A stretch of DNA of 59,230 nt from a virus. Lineage: Duplodnaviria; Caudoviricetes. Shown one piece after another: positions 45,483 to 55,808 of the stretch. Below the pieces are notes generated by a model. That model did no database searches and was not told the DNA's origin. It worked only from the letters and a program-made list of their open reading frames with translations. Position 1 is the stretch's first letter. Each line of letters starts with the position of its first letter. The position numbers were made by a program, and so were the translations under genes. The stretch spans positions 1 to 59,230 of IMG/VR virus record IMGVR_UViG_3300020045_004392, one strand, 5' to 3'.

Positions 45483-46718
45483 ATGATAATCGACCTAAAT
45501 AAACATCGAGACGAAATATTTAATCCTCTTATCGGTACTTTGCAAAAAGCTGATAAGCGTTTTGTCATTAATTACGGAGGTGCTGGTTCTGGAAAATCAT
45601 TTACACAAACGCAGCATGAAATAATCAGGTGTTTACAAAAACAGGAGAAATTACTTGTAATTCGTAAAGTAGGAACTACGCTTAAAGATTCGGTAGTCGC
45701 TTTGTTTGTCTCAATTCTTAATTCGTGGGGTTTAGAGGATTTTTACACTGAGAATAAATCAACTCAATTCATTCAATTTTCAAACGGTAGCTGCATTCTT
45801 TTCAAGTCGATGGATGATCCTGAAAAGATCAAATCTATTGCCGGTATTACGCGTATTTGGATTGAGGAAGCAAGCGAATTAACCCAGGCTGATTTTAGTC
45901 AGTTAAACTTACGACTTCGGGGACGTGATAACTTACAAATTACATTAACATTTAACCCGATTGATGAAGAACATTGGATTAAGTCTTATTTCTTTGACAA
46001 TGAAACTGTAAATGCGAAAACAAATATAATCAGAACTACTTACAAAGATAATAGATTCATTGATGAGGCATATAAGGCAGAGTTAGAAGGTTATCAGCAT
46101 ATTGATAAAAACTACTATAAAATATATGCGCTTGGTGAGTGGGGTGGAATTACTGAAGGTCGCATATTTCCGATATGGGAACAGATTGAGCGTTTTCCTG
46201 AAATTGATGGTCACTGGTACGGGCTTGATTTCGGGTTCTCAAATGATCCGACGGCGATAGTTAAAACCATTAAATGGAAAAATAGAATCTATTTTGATGA
46301 GCGGTTGTATCGCGTTGGACTGACTAATCCTGATATTGCATCGTTTATGTTTGCCGATGGGTACAAAGGACAGGTAGTAATTTGTGATTCTGCGGAGCCT
46401 AAAAGTATTGAAGAGTTGCGGCGGCTTGGTATTAATGCAATTGAAGCGCAAAAGGGGGCAGGTTCAATAATGGCCGGTATTGACTTTTTGAAGGCGCATA
46501 AAGTACTGGTAACTCAGTCAAGTTTAAACCTGATTCGTGAGAATAAATATTATCAATGGAAGGAATTGCCGCCAAACAGACAGACTGCAAATAAACGTTT
46601 TGATAATACGCCTAAAGACTGGATGAACCATCTTAAAGACGCCTGCCGTTATGCGTATTCGCTTGGTGACTTCGCTCAGGCAGGTGGAAGTGTTGATGTT
46701 AGGTGGGATGAATTATAA
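45483..46718 (+). CDS. terL: Terminase large subunit, PBSX family
   Basis: Same motifs as 2730-3965. Confidence 0.95.
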   Translation: MIIDLNKHRDEIFNPLIGTLQKADKRFVINYGGAGSGKSFTQTQHEIIRCLQKQEKLLVIRKVGTTLKDSVVALFVSILNSWGLEDFYTENKSTQFIQFSNGSCILFKSMDDPEKIKSIAGITRIWIEEASELTQADFSQLNLRLRGRDNLQITLTFNPIDEEHWIKSYFFDNETVNAKTNIIRTTYKDNRFIDEAYKAELEGYQHIDKNYYKIYALGEWGGITEGRIFPIWEQIERFPEIDGHWYGLDFGFSNDPTAIVKTIKWKNRIYFDERLYRVGLTNPDIASFMFADGYKGQVVICDSAEPKSIEELRRLGINAIEAQKGAGSIMAGIDFLKAHKVLVTQSSLNLIRENKYYQWKELPPNRQTANKRFDNTPKDWMNHLKDACRYAYSLGDFAQAGGSVDVRWDEL

Positions 46719-46806
46719 CCTGTCACGGATTTAGGCTAAATGTGTGACAAAAAAAAGCCCCAAAATAGTTGCCAGTAATACAGATAGCGCAGTTGTGATG
46801 GTTAGT

Positions 46807-47064
46807 TTACTTTGTATATGTCAATCTAAAATCAACGTCTTTGCCTTCGTTTTTATAGTCAATAAAGCTACTTTCTGATAATTCAAAACCAGAGTTTAAA
46901 ATAACTGCAATGTATTTATAATATTTAGTTGCACTAAAATAACCCTTAACTGTAATCTCATTAAACTTAGATATTTCGTTAGCAAAATCATAAAAACTAA
47001 CATTATAAACTTCTGAACCTGTAATTACAGTGATAATTTTTGATATTGAAAAAGTTGCGTTCAT
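46807..47064 (-). CDS. Antisense moron gene, hypothetical
   Basis: ATG at 47064 with TATCTTTG promoter at 47098-47105 (-); absent in copy A. Confidence 0.6.
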   Translation of the reverse strand: MNATFSISKIITVITGSEVYNVSFYDFANEISKFNEITVKGYFSATKYYKYIAVILNSGFELSESSFIDYKNEGKDVDFRLTYTK

Positions 47065-47205
47065 GTCGTTTGTTTTTATTTGTTTATTTCTATGCTTCAA
47101 AGATAGCACTATTGTGCTAACTACACAACTTTAAAGTGTTAAAAAATGTTAAAATTTGAAATTAGTTTTTAGTTTTGTATATTTGACAAAAATAACTTTC
47201 AGAAC

Positions 47206-48489
47206 ATGGCACTATTTAACATCTTCAGCCGAAATAAAGACAAAAACCCATTAACACGCGCAGTATTTGAGTACTGGATACATTCAGGGAATGTCAACAA
47301 CATTCCAGATGATCCGGACGCTTATCTGAAGAAAGGATATTCAGCGAATACAACTGTTTATTCGATTGTTTCAAGGATTGATGCAATGCGTAAACAGGCT
47401 AAACTAGTGCTAAAGGATAAGGTCGGTAATATAGTCGAAACACATGAATTGTTAAAGTTTCGTGATCGTTTTAATAAATCACTTACCACTAATGATGCCA
47501 TTACTCAAATGCTGATTTATAAATTGGTGATTGGTGAATGGTTCGTGTATAAACTGGCACCAGATGCCGGAGCGAATAAAGGCAAGGTTTCAGAATTGCA
47601 TTTACTTCCTGCTGCTGATGTTGAAATAATTGAAGGCAGTATATTTGATCCGGTGCGAGGGTATAAGATCGAAGGAAATTACAACATTGAATTGCCGGTT
47701 GAATCAGTCTATCACGGCAAACTATTTAACCCGAATTGGAATGATGAGCGGACGCTCCACGGAATGTCACCACTTCGCGCGGCTGCAAATACCGTATCAA
47801 AGTTAAATCAGATTGAAATAACCGAAACAAAAGCATTCGAGAACCAGGGACCGCCTTACATTTTGTATAAGGAATCCTCAACCGATCCGATGCAAAACCG
47901 GATGACAGACCCGCAGCGCGATGAAATTGTTAAGAAGATCAAAAACGCTGCAAAGGAAAATAATAGATCATTGCCGTTAGTGTTAAAAGACAAATTTGGA
48001 AAACTGGATTTAGGGCAAAAGCTTGCCGATATGACTATCATTGAGTCAAGTAATGCAGGTATTCAGGCACTGTGCAACGTTTATCAAATTCCCGGGCAAA
48101 TATTCGGAATTGGCGAGGCGACCTATAACAACATGAGGGAAGCGCGCAAAGCCGCATGGACTGACTGCATACAGCCGAATTTGACATCAATTGCTGAGTG
48201 TATGAACGCTTGTACGATCTTCGACATTCAAGAATATCAAGGACTGTACTGGGATTGGGATTACTCAGACATTGAGGAACTTCAGGAGGGTATGGAAATT
48301 AAAGTAGGTTGGATGAAAGCCGCTGGATGGTCGTACAATGAGATTCGCAAAGTGACAGGCAAAGAACCTATTGATAACCCACTGATGGATGAGCCTGTAA
48401 TTGGCATGGGTGATACTTTTTTGAGTGATTATGGCGATCCGTTGGACGATCCTAACGCTGCTAAAGATTTTGGGGACTATAAAAAATAA
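47206..48489 (+). CDS. Portal protein
   Basis: Homolog of 4026-5309; TATATTTG promoter at 47178-47185. Confidence 0.9.
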   Translation: MALFNIFSRNKDKNPLTRAVFEYWIHSGNVNNIPDDPDAYLKKGYSANTTVYSIVSRIDAMRKQAKLVLKDKVGNIVETHELLKFRDRFNKSLTTNDAITQMLIYKLVIGEWFVYKLAPDAGANKGKVSELHLLPAADVEIIEGSIFDPVRGYKIEGNYNIELPVESVYHGKLFNPNWNDERTLHGMSPLRAAANTVSKLNQIEITETKAFENQGPPYILYKESSTDPMQNRMTDPQRDEIVKKIKNAAKENNRSLPLVLKDKFGKLDLGQKLADMTIIESSNAGIQALCNVYQIPGQIFGIGEATYNNMREARKAAWTDCIQPNLTSIAECMNACTIFDIQEYQGLYWDWDYSDIEELQEGMEIKVGWMKAAGWSYNEIRKVTGKEPIDNPLMDEPVIGMGDTFLSDYGDPLDDPNAAKDFGDYKK

Positions 48490-48495
48490 AATATT

Positions 48496-48912
48496 ATGGC
48501 AACACGTACAAATTATTTCATTCAAAAAAGTTTAGATCATATTTATCTGAACAGCGCAATTACCAACATTGGCGATGCAAGTGGATTGCCTGCTGCCGCA
48601 ACTGCCGGAAATCTTTATATGGCATTGTTAGTTAGCGGAACAGAAACAGCATATACCAGTTATGCACGTCAGCCAATTCCCAGATCAGGATCAGGTTTTG
48701 TCCGTGATGCTAATGTTGTTTCAAACGTGGCTCAGGTAAATTTCCCGAAGTCAACAGGTGCAGGGGAGACAACCTGTAATCAGGTTGCAATTTACGATGC
48801 TGTATCTGGTGGAAACCAAATGCATTTACAAACCCTTGCTTATGACATTACTACAACAATAAATCATATACCAATTATTGAAGCTGGAGCATTAACCATC
48901 ACCGGAAGCTAA
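48496..48912 (+). CDS. Putative virion structural protein
   Basis: YARQPI...SN...VNFPKST...AIYDAVSGGN motif seen in phage fibre/adaptor proteins. Confidence 0.55.
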   Translation: MATRTNYFIQKSLDHIYLNSAITNIGDASGLPAAATAGNLYMALLVSGTETAYTSYARQPIPRSGSGFVRDANVVSNVAQVNFPKSTGAGETTCNQVAIYDAVSGGNQMHLQTLAYDITTTINHIPIIEAGALTITGS

Positions 48913-48913
48913 C

Positions 48914-49252
48914 ATGGCAACTACTATTTTCAACGACTACTACAAGAACGTTTCATCTGGAGCAATTAATCCTTCTGATGTAAACTTTTCAGCGTATATA
49001 GTTGATGGGGCCTATGTGCCTGAACCTACACATAAAAGAGTGAATGTAACAGGCAAAATAGTTACACTCAGGCAGGTCATTATTAATGAAGATATTTCGA
49101 CCCTTTCAATGAGTGAAATTATTGAGAAGGTTAAAAGCAAGTTGGAAGATGCTGAGTACGAAAATGCTGCTGCTTTTGTTGTGTACGATATTGCTACAAC
49201 CGAATTATGTTGGCACGAAACGTTTGATAAACCCCGAATAGATGGCGAATAG
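48914..49252 (+). CDS. Hypothetical protein (inserted block)
   Basis: Coupled ORF. Confidence 0.6.
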   Translation: MATTIFNDYYKNVSSGAINPSDVNFSAYIVDGAYVPEPTHKRVNVTGKIVTLRQVIINEDISTLSMSEIIEKVKSKLEDAEYENAAAFVVYDIATTELCWHETFDKPRIDGE

Positions 49253-51554
49253 ATATTTAGTTGGAACAGGTGCAAGGAACTGGAGCAATACTGCTATTTG
49301 GTCTGACGCTTCAGGCGGTGCAGGAGGTTTCTCTGTGCCTACATCTGCTGATGCTGTAATCTTTGATGCTAATTCAGGCACAGGGAATCTAACTTTAGAT
49401 GTTGCAGCTTCGGTTGGTTCATTAGATAGTTCTTCTTTAACTGCTATTGTTACTCTTGTTTCTTCGGTTTATACTTTTAGTAATTACGGTAGTTTAACGC
49501 TGAATGGTTCTTATTCAAAGTTTAGTTTTACTGGCACGGCTTATTATTATCAAAAAGGAACAGGTACAATCACAACTAACGGTAATCTGTTTTTAACTCT
49601 TAATAGGCTTTATATTGATGGGGTTGGTATTACTGTCACGAATGGGGATGATTGTAATTTAGGGGGAACACATATTTACCCTACGAATGGTACATTAGAC
49701 ACTAATGGAAAGACAATAACTTGCAACAGTATAAGATTTCAAACAGGAACTTCTACATTAACTTGTGGTTCATCTACTATAAATTTAATTCAATTTTGGA
49801 GAGATGGAGGTACAGTAACGTTTAATGCAGATACTTCTACCTTTAATTTTAATAATCCAACGATTGCTGTTATCGGAACTCTTAATTCTGTTACTGGAAA
49901 TTTCTATAATATCACAAGACAAAGTGTATCTTCTATTGATAATTATTTGGAATTATGGACAAACATTACAATCAATAATTTAACACTTACTGGACTAAAT
50001 TCTACAACTGTGAGGGCGTTGGTTCGCTCCAACACCATCGGCACACCTCGCACAATAACCTGCAACGGAACTATAACAGCTTCTAATGTAGATTTTAGAG
50101 ATATAACTTTAGCAGGTTCAGCAAACAGAGATTTATCGGCTATTACAGGAGGTTCAGGTGATTGTGGTGGTAACTCAGGAATAACTTTTACACCAGCACA
50201 AAAACAGTATTTTAAACATACAAGTGGAGCAGTTAATTTTTCAGATGCTACGAAATGGTTTTCAGACTTCTCACCACGTACAACAGCAGGTAGAGTACCA
50301 CTTCCACAAGATGATTGGGATTTTGATGCTAGTTCGTTTACAGGCACTTCAACAGTAACAGTTAATGTTCCTCGTATTGGTAGAAGTTGTGATATGAGTG
50401 CGGTTGCTAATTCAGTTACTTGGACACTTGCTAATGCTATTGAGGTTTATGGGAGCTATGTGTTGGGGGTGAATATTACTCCGAGTGGGAATAACGGGGT
50501 TTTGCTTATGGGGAGGTCTGGTTTTAATATAAATCTTTACGATAAATCAGTGTATAGAGTAGATGTTAATTGTTATAATGGTGTGTATGATTCCGTATCT
50601 GATATAACCACGCTAGTTGCAGGAAGTAGTTTTTCAATTACGTCTGGTGCGTTTAAGTTTAATAATTATTTTTATACTGGCTATAGACTAGATGTGAGTT
50701 CAGCATCATCTGTTTATTTAGGCAATAACACATTAACAATCACTTCGGCAATAGCTATTAATTCTTCTGCAAATATATTTCCGGAAACATCTACAATTGT
50801 CTGTATTGGTAGTGGTTCTTCTACTATGCTTGCTTCTCTTGGAGGCAAAACATACAACAAAATCCAATTATCAGGTTCTCATACCGGAAACTTTGACATT
50901 TCAGGTTCAAACACAATAGCCGAACTAATAATAGATGCTGGCAGAAAAGTAAGGTTTACCGCAGGAACAACACAAAACATAGGAAAAGCTACTATTGGAG
51001 CAGGGGCAAGTATTGATAGTATTACAGCAGCCACGCATACTTTGAATTATACGGGAACAGATATAGTTGAAACTGATGGAATATCTGTTAAAAACTCTAT
51101 TGCTACACCTGCCAATAAATGGTTTGCAGGAGCAAGTTCAACGGATAGTGGTAATAATTCGGGATGGTTGTTTCAAACACTTGAACGTGTATTGCCTGTA
51201 TTTACTGAGGCTGAGGTGATTGAATCAACGCTATTAAGCAAGCCTAACATTTCGGCAATGTATGATGAGTCAGAAAATTTATATTTGATATTATCATGTT
51301 TAACCGCTATGTCAGGACAATTTGATGAAATCGAAGAATTGCAAGCCGAGTTGATCGCATTGGCTTCGGCTAATCCTGCATTTACCGAACACGAAGAGAT
51401 GTTTACCACGGTAATAGTTGAAATAATTGAAGAAATAAAATTGACATTACAAGCGGATTCATTAATTTTGAAAGATTTAAATATAAACTCAGTTATCAAT
51501 AAGGTGTTATCTGAATATTCTCAAATTACTAAAACTATTAACTATGAGTTGTAA
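49242..51554 (+). CDS. Large beta-solenoid-like fibre/adhesin protein
   Basis: MANRYLVG...WS...W...SGG...VPTSADAVIFD; two internal homologous units ending in GNNSGW/GGNSGI. Confidence 0.6.
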   Translation: MANRYLVGTGARNWSNTAIWSDASGGAGGFSVPTSADAVIFDANSGTGNLTLDVAASVGSLDSSSLTAIVTLVSSVYTFSNYGSLTLNGSYSKFSFTGTAYYYQKGTGTITTNGNLFLTLNRLYIDGVGITVTNGDDCNLGGTHIYPTNGTLDTNGKTITCNSIRFQTGTSTLTCGSSTINLIQFWRDGGTVTFNADTSTFNFNNPTIAVIGTLNSVTGNFYNITRQSVSSIDNYLELWTNITINNLTLTGLNSTTVRALVRSNTIGTPRTITCNGTITASNVDFRDITLAGSANRDLSAITGGSGDCGGNSGITFTPAQKQYFKHTSGAVNFSDATKWFSDFSPRTTAGRVPLPQDDWDFDASSFTGTSTVTVNVPRIGRSCDMSAVANSVTWTLANAIEVYGSYVLGVNITPSGNNGVLLMGRSGFNINLYDKSVYRVDVNCYNGVYDSVSDITTLVAGSSFSITSGAFKFNNYFYTGYRLDVSSASSVYLGNNTLTITSAIAINSSANIFPETSTIVCIGSGSSTMLASLGGKTYNKIQLSGSHTGNFDISGSNTIAELIIDAGRKVRFTAGTTQNIGKATIGAGASIDSITAATHTLNYTGTDIVETDGISVKNSIATPANKWFAGASSTDSGNNSGWLFQTLERVLPVFTEAEVIESTLLSKPNISAMYDESENLYLILSCLTAMSGQFDEIEELQAELIALASANPAFTEHEEMFTTVIVEIIEEIKLTLQADSLILKDLNINSVINKVLSEYSQITKTINYEL

Positions 51555-51822
51555 TTACTATAAGGGATCATCTTTGAATTTGGAATTAAATACCGGAGTT
51601 GATTTATCTGGTGCATCTTCCGTACTTATAAAAACAGATGTTAACGGTACGGTAGCGTCAACGGATGCTACTTTAATGGACGACGATCAGACTGTTACCC
51701 TTAAAATAATATTGGCAGCATCAGGGCGTTACCGTGTATGGGTTAATGCTATTTATTCAGGTACAGAAAAATATATAGGATGCCCATATGATTTCAATGT
51801 TTTGGAAGAGGGAAAACTATGA
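51544..51822 (+). CDS. Small Ig/BppU-like structural protein
   Basis: TGVDLSGA...GRYRVW beta-sandwich pattern. Confidence 0.45.
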   Translation: MSCNYYKGSSLNLELNTGVDLSGASSVLIKTDVNGTVASTDATLMDDDQTVTLKIILAASGRYRVWVNAIYSGTEKYIGCPYDFNVLEEGKL

Positions 51823-52604
51823 AACCTGCCACCCGTAAATTCGAAATAACCTACCTCCGCACCCGCAACGCAATTGAGCGCAAAGGCATACGATTAGTTC
51901 AGGCCGCTTTGCGTTCGCAGTACACACAATTCTTAGACCGCGCCAAGGAACTCCCTCCGTCAATGTGGATTGACATTAAAATCAGCGAGCAACCAATAAA
52001 GCAATTTTTCAGTACTTTTTATCCGATGTCCGGGCGATTAGGCCAAATGACGCGAAAAAATATGTTGGCTCAACGTAATCAGGTTAAATCTTTGGAAGAT
52101 GATCTGTATTTGTCAATTTACGAGAGGCACATGCAACAACTTGTCGGCACATCTGACTATGCCAAACGAATTAACACAATCACAAATACAACTGCAGACC
52201 GGATAAATACAGTTGTTCAATCGGTAATGACTGAGGGCGAATTGGGTGGATATGGGATTGATAAAATACGTCAATCACTCACTGATGCAATAGGTGCCAG
52301 TATTCGCGGCAACGTTCGCGCCAGGGCAAAGGCAATCGCACAGACTGAAATGATAAGCGCAAGTAATCAGGCTTCAACCTACGCAGCCGACTCGACCGGA
52401 TTGGAGTACAGGAAGTATTGGAGTACCTCACATTTGCAAGGGATCAGGCCAACGCATATAATGGCTGAACAGGATTCTATTCAGCGTGGAGGATACAAGA
52501 AAGATGAACGTTTCGCAAATGGGTTACTGTTCCCAGGAGACCCCGCCGGGAGTGCTGAAGAAGTTGTGAATTGTAGGTGTACAGTTTTACACGAAATTTT
52601 GTAA
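51819..52604 (+). CDS. Minor head / head morphogenesis protein
   Basis: Homolog of 5306-6091. Confidence 0.85.
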   Translation: MKPATRKFEITYLRTRNAIERKGIRLVQAALRSQYTQFLDRAKELPPSMWIDIKISEQPIKQFFSTFYPMSGRLGQMTRKNMLAQRNQVKSLEDDLYLSIYERHMQQLVGTSDYAKRINTITNTTADRINTVVQSVMTEGELGGYGIDKIRQSLTDAIGASIRGNVRARAKAIAQTEMISASNQASTYAADSTGLEYRKYWSTSHLQGIRPTHIMAEQDSIQRGGYKKDERFANGLLFPGDPAGSAEEVVNCRCTVLHEIL

Positions 52605-52647
52605 ATATGAAATAAATATTTACATTTAACGAAAATTTACATGGAAT

Positions 52648-53364
52648 ATGCCAGTAAAAGTAAAATTTAGAGATATGTTATATAAATATTGCATTACTCA
52701 GGTAAAGGACATTGATGAAAAAGGAGTAGTCAGCTTTTACGGGTCGATACTTAATACGGCTGATCGTGTGAAAGATATAGTCGATCCAGGGGCATACACT
52801 AAAACCATTACTGAAAACTTTTCAGAGATTCAGCATTATAAAAACCATGATTCAACATTGATGCCTGGAGTAATTCATGAACTTTCAGAGGACGGAACTG
52901 GATTGCTTGCTAAGTCAAAATTGATCCTTAAAACTCAGTTAGGACTTGAAACCTACGAAGAGTATAAGGCAATGGCTGAGGCTAAAAAGTCAATGGGTCA
53001 CTCAATCGGGTACGTTCCGGTTCGTCAGCAGAAGTCAGCCGATGGATTTAACCATCTTAAAGAAGTTTATCTATTCGAACTTTCAACCCTGACAAAGATG
53101 GCCGCTCATCCTGGAGCATTAACTACCGGTATTAAGTCATTTGAGGAATTGGATTTCGAAGCGTTGGTAAAAGAAGAAATATTTTACACCAACCTTTTAA
53201 ACTGCAAATTCACAGATGCAAAACTTGAAAACATTGAATTAATACATAAGCATTTACAGTCACTCATTGAAACGATGCGCCGCGATATGCACCCATCAGA
53301 CGATGCGCCGACAAAATCAATAATTTTTGATTCAAACTTTTTTACAAACAATTTAAATTTATAA
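52648..53364 (+). CDS. HK97-family prohead protease (different lineage from 6139)
   Basis: KNHD, HSIGY and LFELSTLT motifs. Confidence 0.85.
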   Translation: MPVKVKFRDMLYKYCITQVKDIDEKGVVSFYGSILNTADRVKDIVDPGAYTKTITENFSEIQHYKNHDSTLMPGVIHELSEDGTGLLAKSKLILKTQLGLETYEEYKAMAEAKKSMGHSIGYVPVRQQKSADGFNHLKEVYLFELSTLTKMAAHPGALTTGIKSFEELDFEALVKEEIFYTNLLNCKFTDAKLENIELIHKHLQSLIETMRRDMHPSDDAPTKSIIFDSNFFTNNLNL

Positions 53365-53365
53365 A

Positions 53366-54763
53366 ATGAAAAATTTATTTCGTATTCCATTATTTAAATG
53401 GGTATTTGGCCTAATGGCCGTTTTGCTTATCGCGGTGGTTTTTGCTTGCATTAATACCGCTGCCGGATCAGGTGTCATTATGATGTCACCTTTTATTCTC
53501 GCTGGTTTCAGTGAAGAACAGTCTAAGTCATTTGGTGAGTGGATGGAAAAACAGTCTGGTGAAATTCAGGCAAAAGTAAAGTCATTGATTGAAGCCGCCA
53601 AAGATGGCGAATTGCTTACTGAACTGAAAACAATGATTCAGGGAGACGGTAAAGAAACAAAAGGACTGGCCGCGCTTATTCCGATCATGCAAAAACAACT
53701 AGACGATCAGAATATCGAGATTCAGAAGTCAAGGATGCAAAAGAACGAGGATGAAGCCGTTTCACTTGAAAAGTCTATTCGTCAACTGTTCGACTCTAAA
53801 GAATTCAAAGATGCAAAAGCTGCCGGATTTAAGACTAAAAGTATGTTCCAGGTTAAAGCTGCAACATCCGACATTACCGGAACTATCAACATGACTCAAC
53901 AGCGATTGCAGGTTAAATTTAACCCTGAACGTGCGCTTGCTTTCATGCCTTATCTTAATGTTGGTGTTATCGGAAACGATAAAAACCGCGTATTGTGGGT
54001 AGAAGGTGCTTACACTTCGAACGTGGGTTACGTTGGCGAAGGAACTGGGCAGGCAACCGCTGACGCTGGTACCGCTACCGAAAAGACTCGCGCAATGTGT
54101 AAGATCAGCGCAAAATTGCCGCTTACTGCTGAACTTTTGGAAGATGCTGAATATGTTGCTTCTGCTTTCCGTATGAAAATGCAGGAAAAAGCAATGTTAT
54201 TTACTGACCTTGAATGTTATGGGGGGGACGGTTCAGACGGTGTGAATCCTAACCATATTTATGGTATTAAAGGTCACGCAACCGCTTATAGTGCTGCAAC
54301 TACCGGAACAACTGGCGCAAACGGCGTAGTCGATGCCAATATCGGCGATTTGATTGACGATATGATTTTACAGGGCGAACTGTCAGAGCAACGCGGAATG
54401 AACGTTCTTTGGATGAATCCTAAAGACTTCGGCAAATTCAAACGTGCAAAAGACAATCAGGGTCAGTACCTTTTCGTGAAAGATGTGAACGGTCAGTATT
54501 CAATCTCAGGGTTGAATGTTGTTAAATCAACCGCTGTTACTGTGAACACGATGACTATTGCCGACTCTGCAAAGATTCAGTTGTGGTGGAAACGTAATCT
54601 TGAAGTAAAATTCTCTCAAATGAATGGTACTGACTTCGTGGATGACACTTATACGGCCGTTCTGTTCCTGAGAAATCAGGTAGTTGTTGAAGGTCCGGAT
54701 AAAACCGCCTTGATTCACGTTGCTGACATTGCCGCAGCAATTGCCGCTATTACATTTGTATAA
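53366..54763 (+). CDS. Major capsid protein with hydrophobic N-terminal extension
   Basis: Nearly identical to 6803-8035 from MQKQLDDQ onward. Confidence 0.9.
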   Translation: MKNLFRIPLFKWVFGLMAVLLIAVVFACINTAAGSGVIMMSPFILAGFSEEQSKSFGEWMEKQSGEIQAKVKSLIEAAKDGELLTELKTMIQGDGKETKGLAALIPIMQKQLDDQNIEIQKSRMQKNEDEAVSLEKSIRQLFDSKEFKDAKAAGFKTKSMFQVKAATSDITGTINMTQQRLQVKFNPERALAFMPYLNVGVIGNDKNRVLWVEGAYTSNVGYVGEGTGQATADAGTATEKTRAMCKISAKLPLTAELLEDAEYVASAFRMKMQEKAMLFTDLECYGGDGSDGVNPNHIYGIKGHATAYSAATTGTTGANGVVDANIGDLIDDMILQGELSEQRGMNVLWMNPKDFGKFKRAKDNQGQYLFVKDVNGQYSISGLNVVKSTAVTVNTMTIADSAKIQLWWKRNLEVKFSQMNGTDFVDDTYTAVLFLRNQVVVEGPDKTALIHVADIAAAIAAITFV

Positions 54764-54809
54764 CCAAAATAGGCTGGTGAAATATCCGGCCTTAACACAC
54801 TCATAAAAT

Positions 54810-55220
54810 ATGAAAAAGTTTATTTTTATCGCGATTTTTGGACTGATTACAATGTTCAGTCAGGCGCAAACTGTTGGCGGGATTACTTCGCTCGTTGGCG
54901 CAACTGTTACCGACACTGAAACTGATTATCTAACTATTGCCACTCCAGTAGCAATTCAGGGTAATTATACAATCGGATTACAAATGGCTGGATCGGCGAC
55001 CGGAACAAGTACTGTAACAGGTGCAATTCAAGTATCAGATGATAACTCTACATGGTATAATTATGGTTCTGCTATCACTTTGAATAATGCAGGGACAGTT
55101 GCCAATTATGCGTGGGCGTTGGAATCAAGTCAGTTTAGGTACTACCGAATAAAATTACTATCATCCGGAAGCGGAACGACCGTATGTACAGGGAAGATTC
55201 TGATTAAGAAAAAGCAATAA
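54810..55220 (+). CDS. Signal-peptide protein (homolog of 8080-8490)
   Basis: MKKFIFIAIFGLITMFSQA|Q leader. Confidence 0.6.
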   Translation: MKKFIFIAIFGLITMFSQAQTVGGITSLVGATVTDTETDYLTIATPVAIQGNYTIGLQMAGSATGTSTVTGAIQVSDDNSTWYNYGSAITLNNAGTVANYAWALESSQFRYYRIKLLSSGSGTTVCTGKILIKKKQ

Positions 55221-55280
55221 CCGTATTTGGAATTAACAGGGGATCGTTTCCCCTGTACGGTTCACATCAAAAATATAGTC

Positions 55281-55499
55281 ATGAAATACAAAGTGATTAA
55301 AGAATACGCAGGTATAGAAGTTAGATCTGAAGTTAAACTATCAGAATCGAGTGCAAGATACATGATTGAACATGGATATGTTGAGCCGATTCCAGAACAA
55401 CAATCAGCGCCCATAACCGTAACAATTAAGGGTAGCGATTTATCATCCGCACTCAACAAAGCAATCGAACCAAAGTATAAACGCAATAAAAATAAATAG
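55281..55499 (+). CDS. Small head-module protein (homolog of 8553-8772)
   Basis: MKYKVIKEYAG. Confidence 0.65.
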   Translation: MKYKVIKEYAGIEVRSEVKLSESSARYMIEHGYVEPIPEQQSAPITVTIKGSDLSSALNKAIEPKYKRNKNK

Positions 55500-55501
55500 T
55501 C

Positions 55502-55807
55502 ATGCCAAAAGTAACAGGATCAATTTTGTTAGCAGCCATTCGATCATTTGGCGCAGCGGTACCGCTTAAAGGTGTATTCACAGTTCAGATGCTTTGTGCT
55601 AACCTAAGTGCAGATACAACGTTTAATCTTCAATTTTCGCTTGATAAAGTAAATTGGGATAATGCTCAGGAATCTGGCACTGACATTACAGATACATTGG
55701 TTGATGATACTGTAATGATAAAATCTTTCGAAGCTGATCCTGGTATCTATTGGCGTATCCTTTTTGCAGGGGCAACAACAGGAACCGTAGCTTATATCTA
55801 TAATTGA
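55502..55807 (+). CDS. Hypothetical beta-rich protein
   Basis: LQFSLDKVNW...YWRI pattern resembles the 8080/54810 family; no signal peptide. Confidence 0.55.
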   Translation: MPKVTGSILLAAIRSFGAAVPLKGVFTVQMLCANLSADTTFNLQFSLDKVNWDNAQESGTDITDTLVDDTVMIKSFEADPGIYWRILFAGATTGTVAYIYN

Positions 55808-55808
55808 T

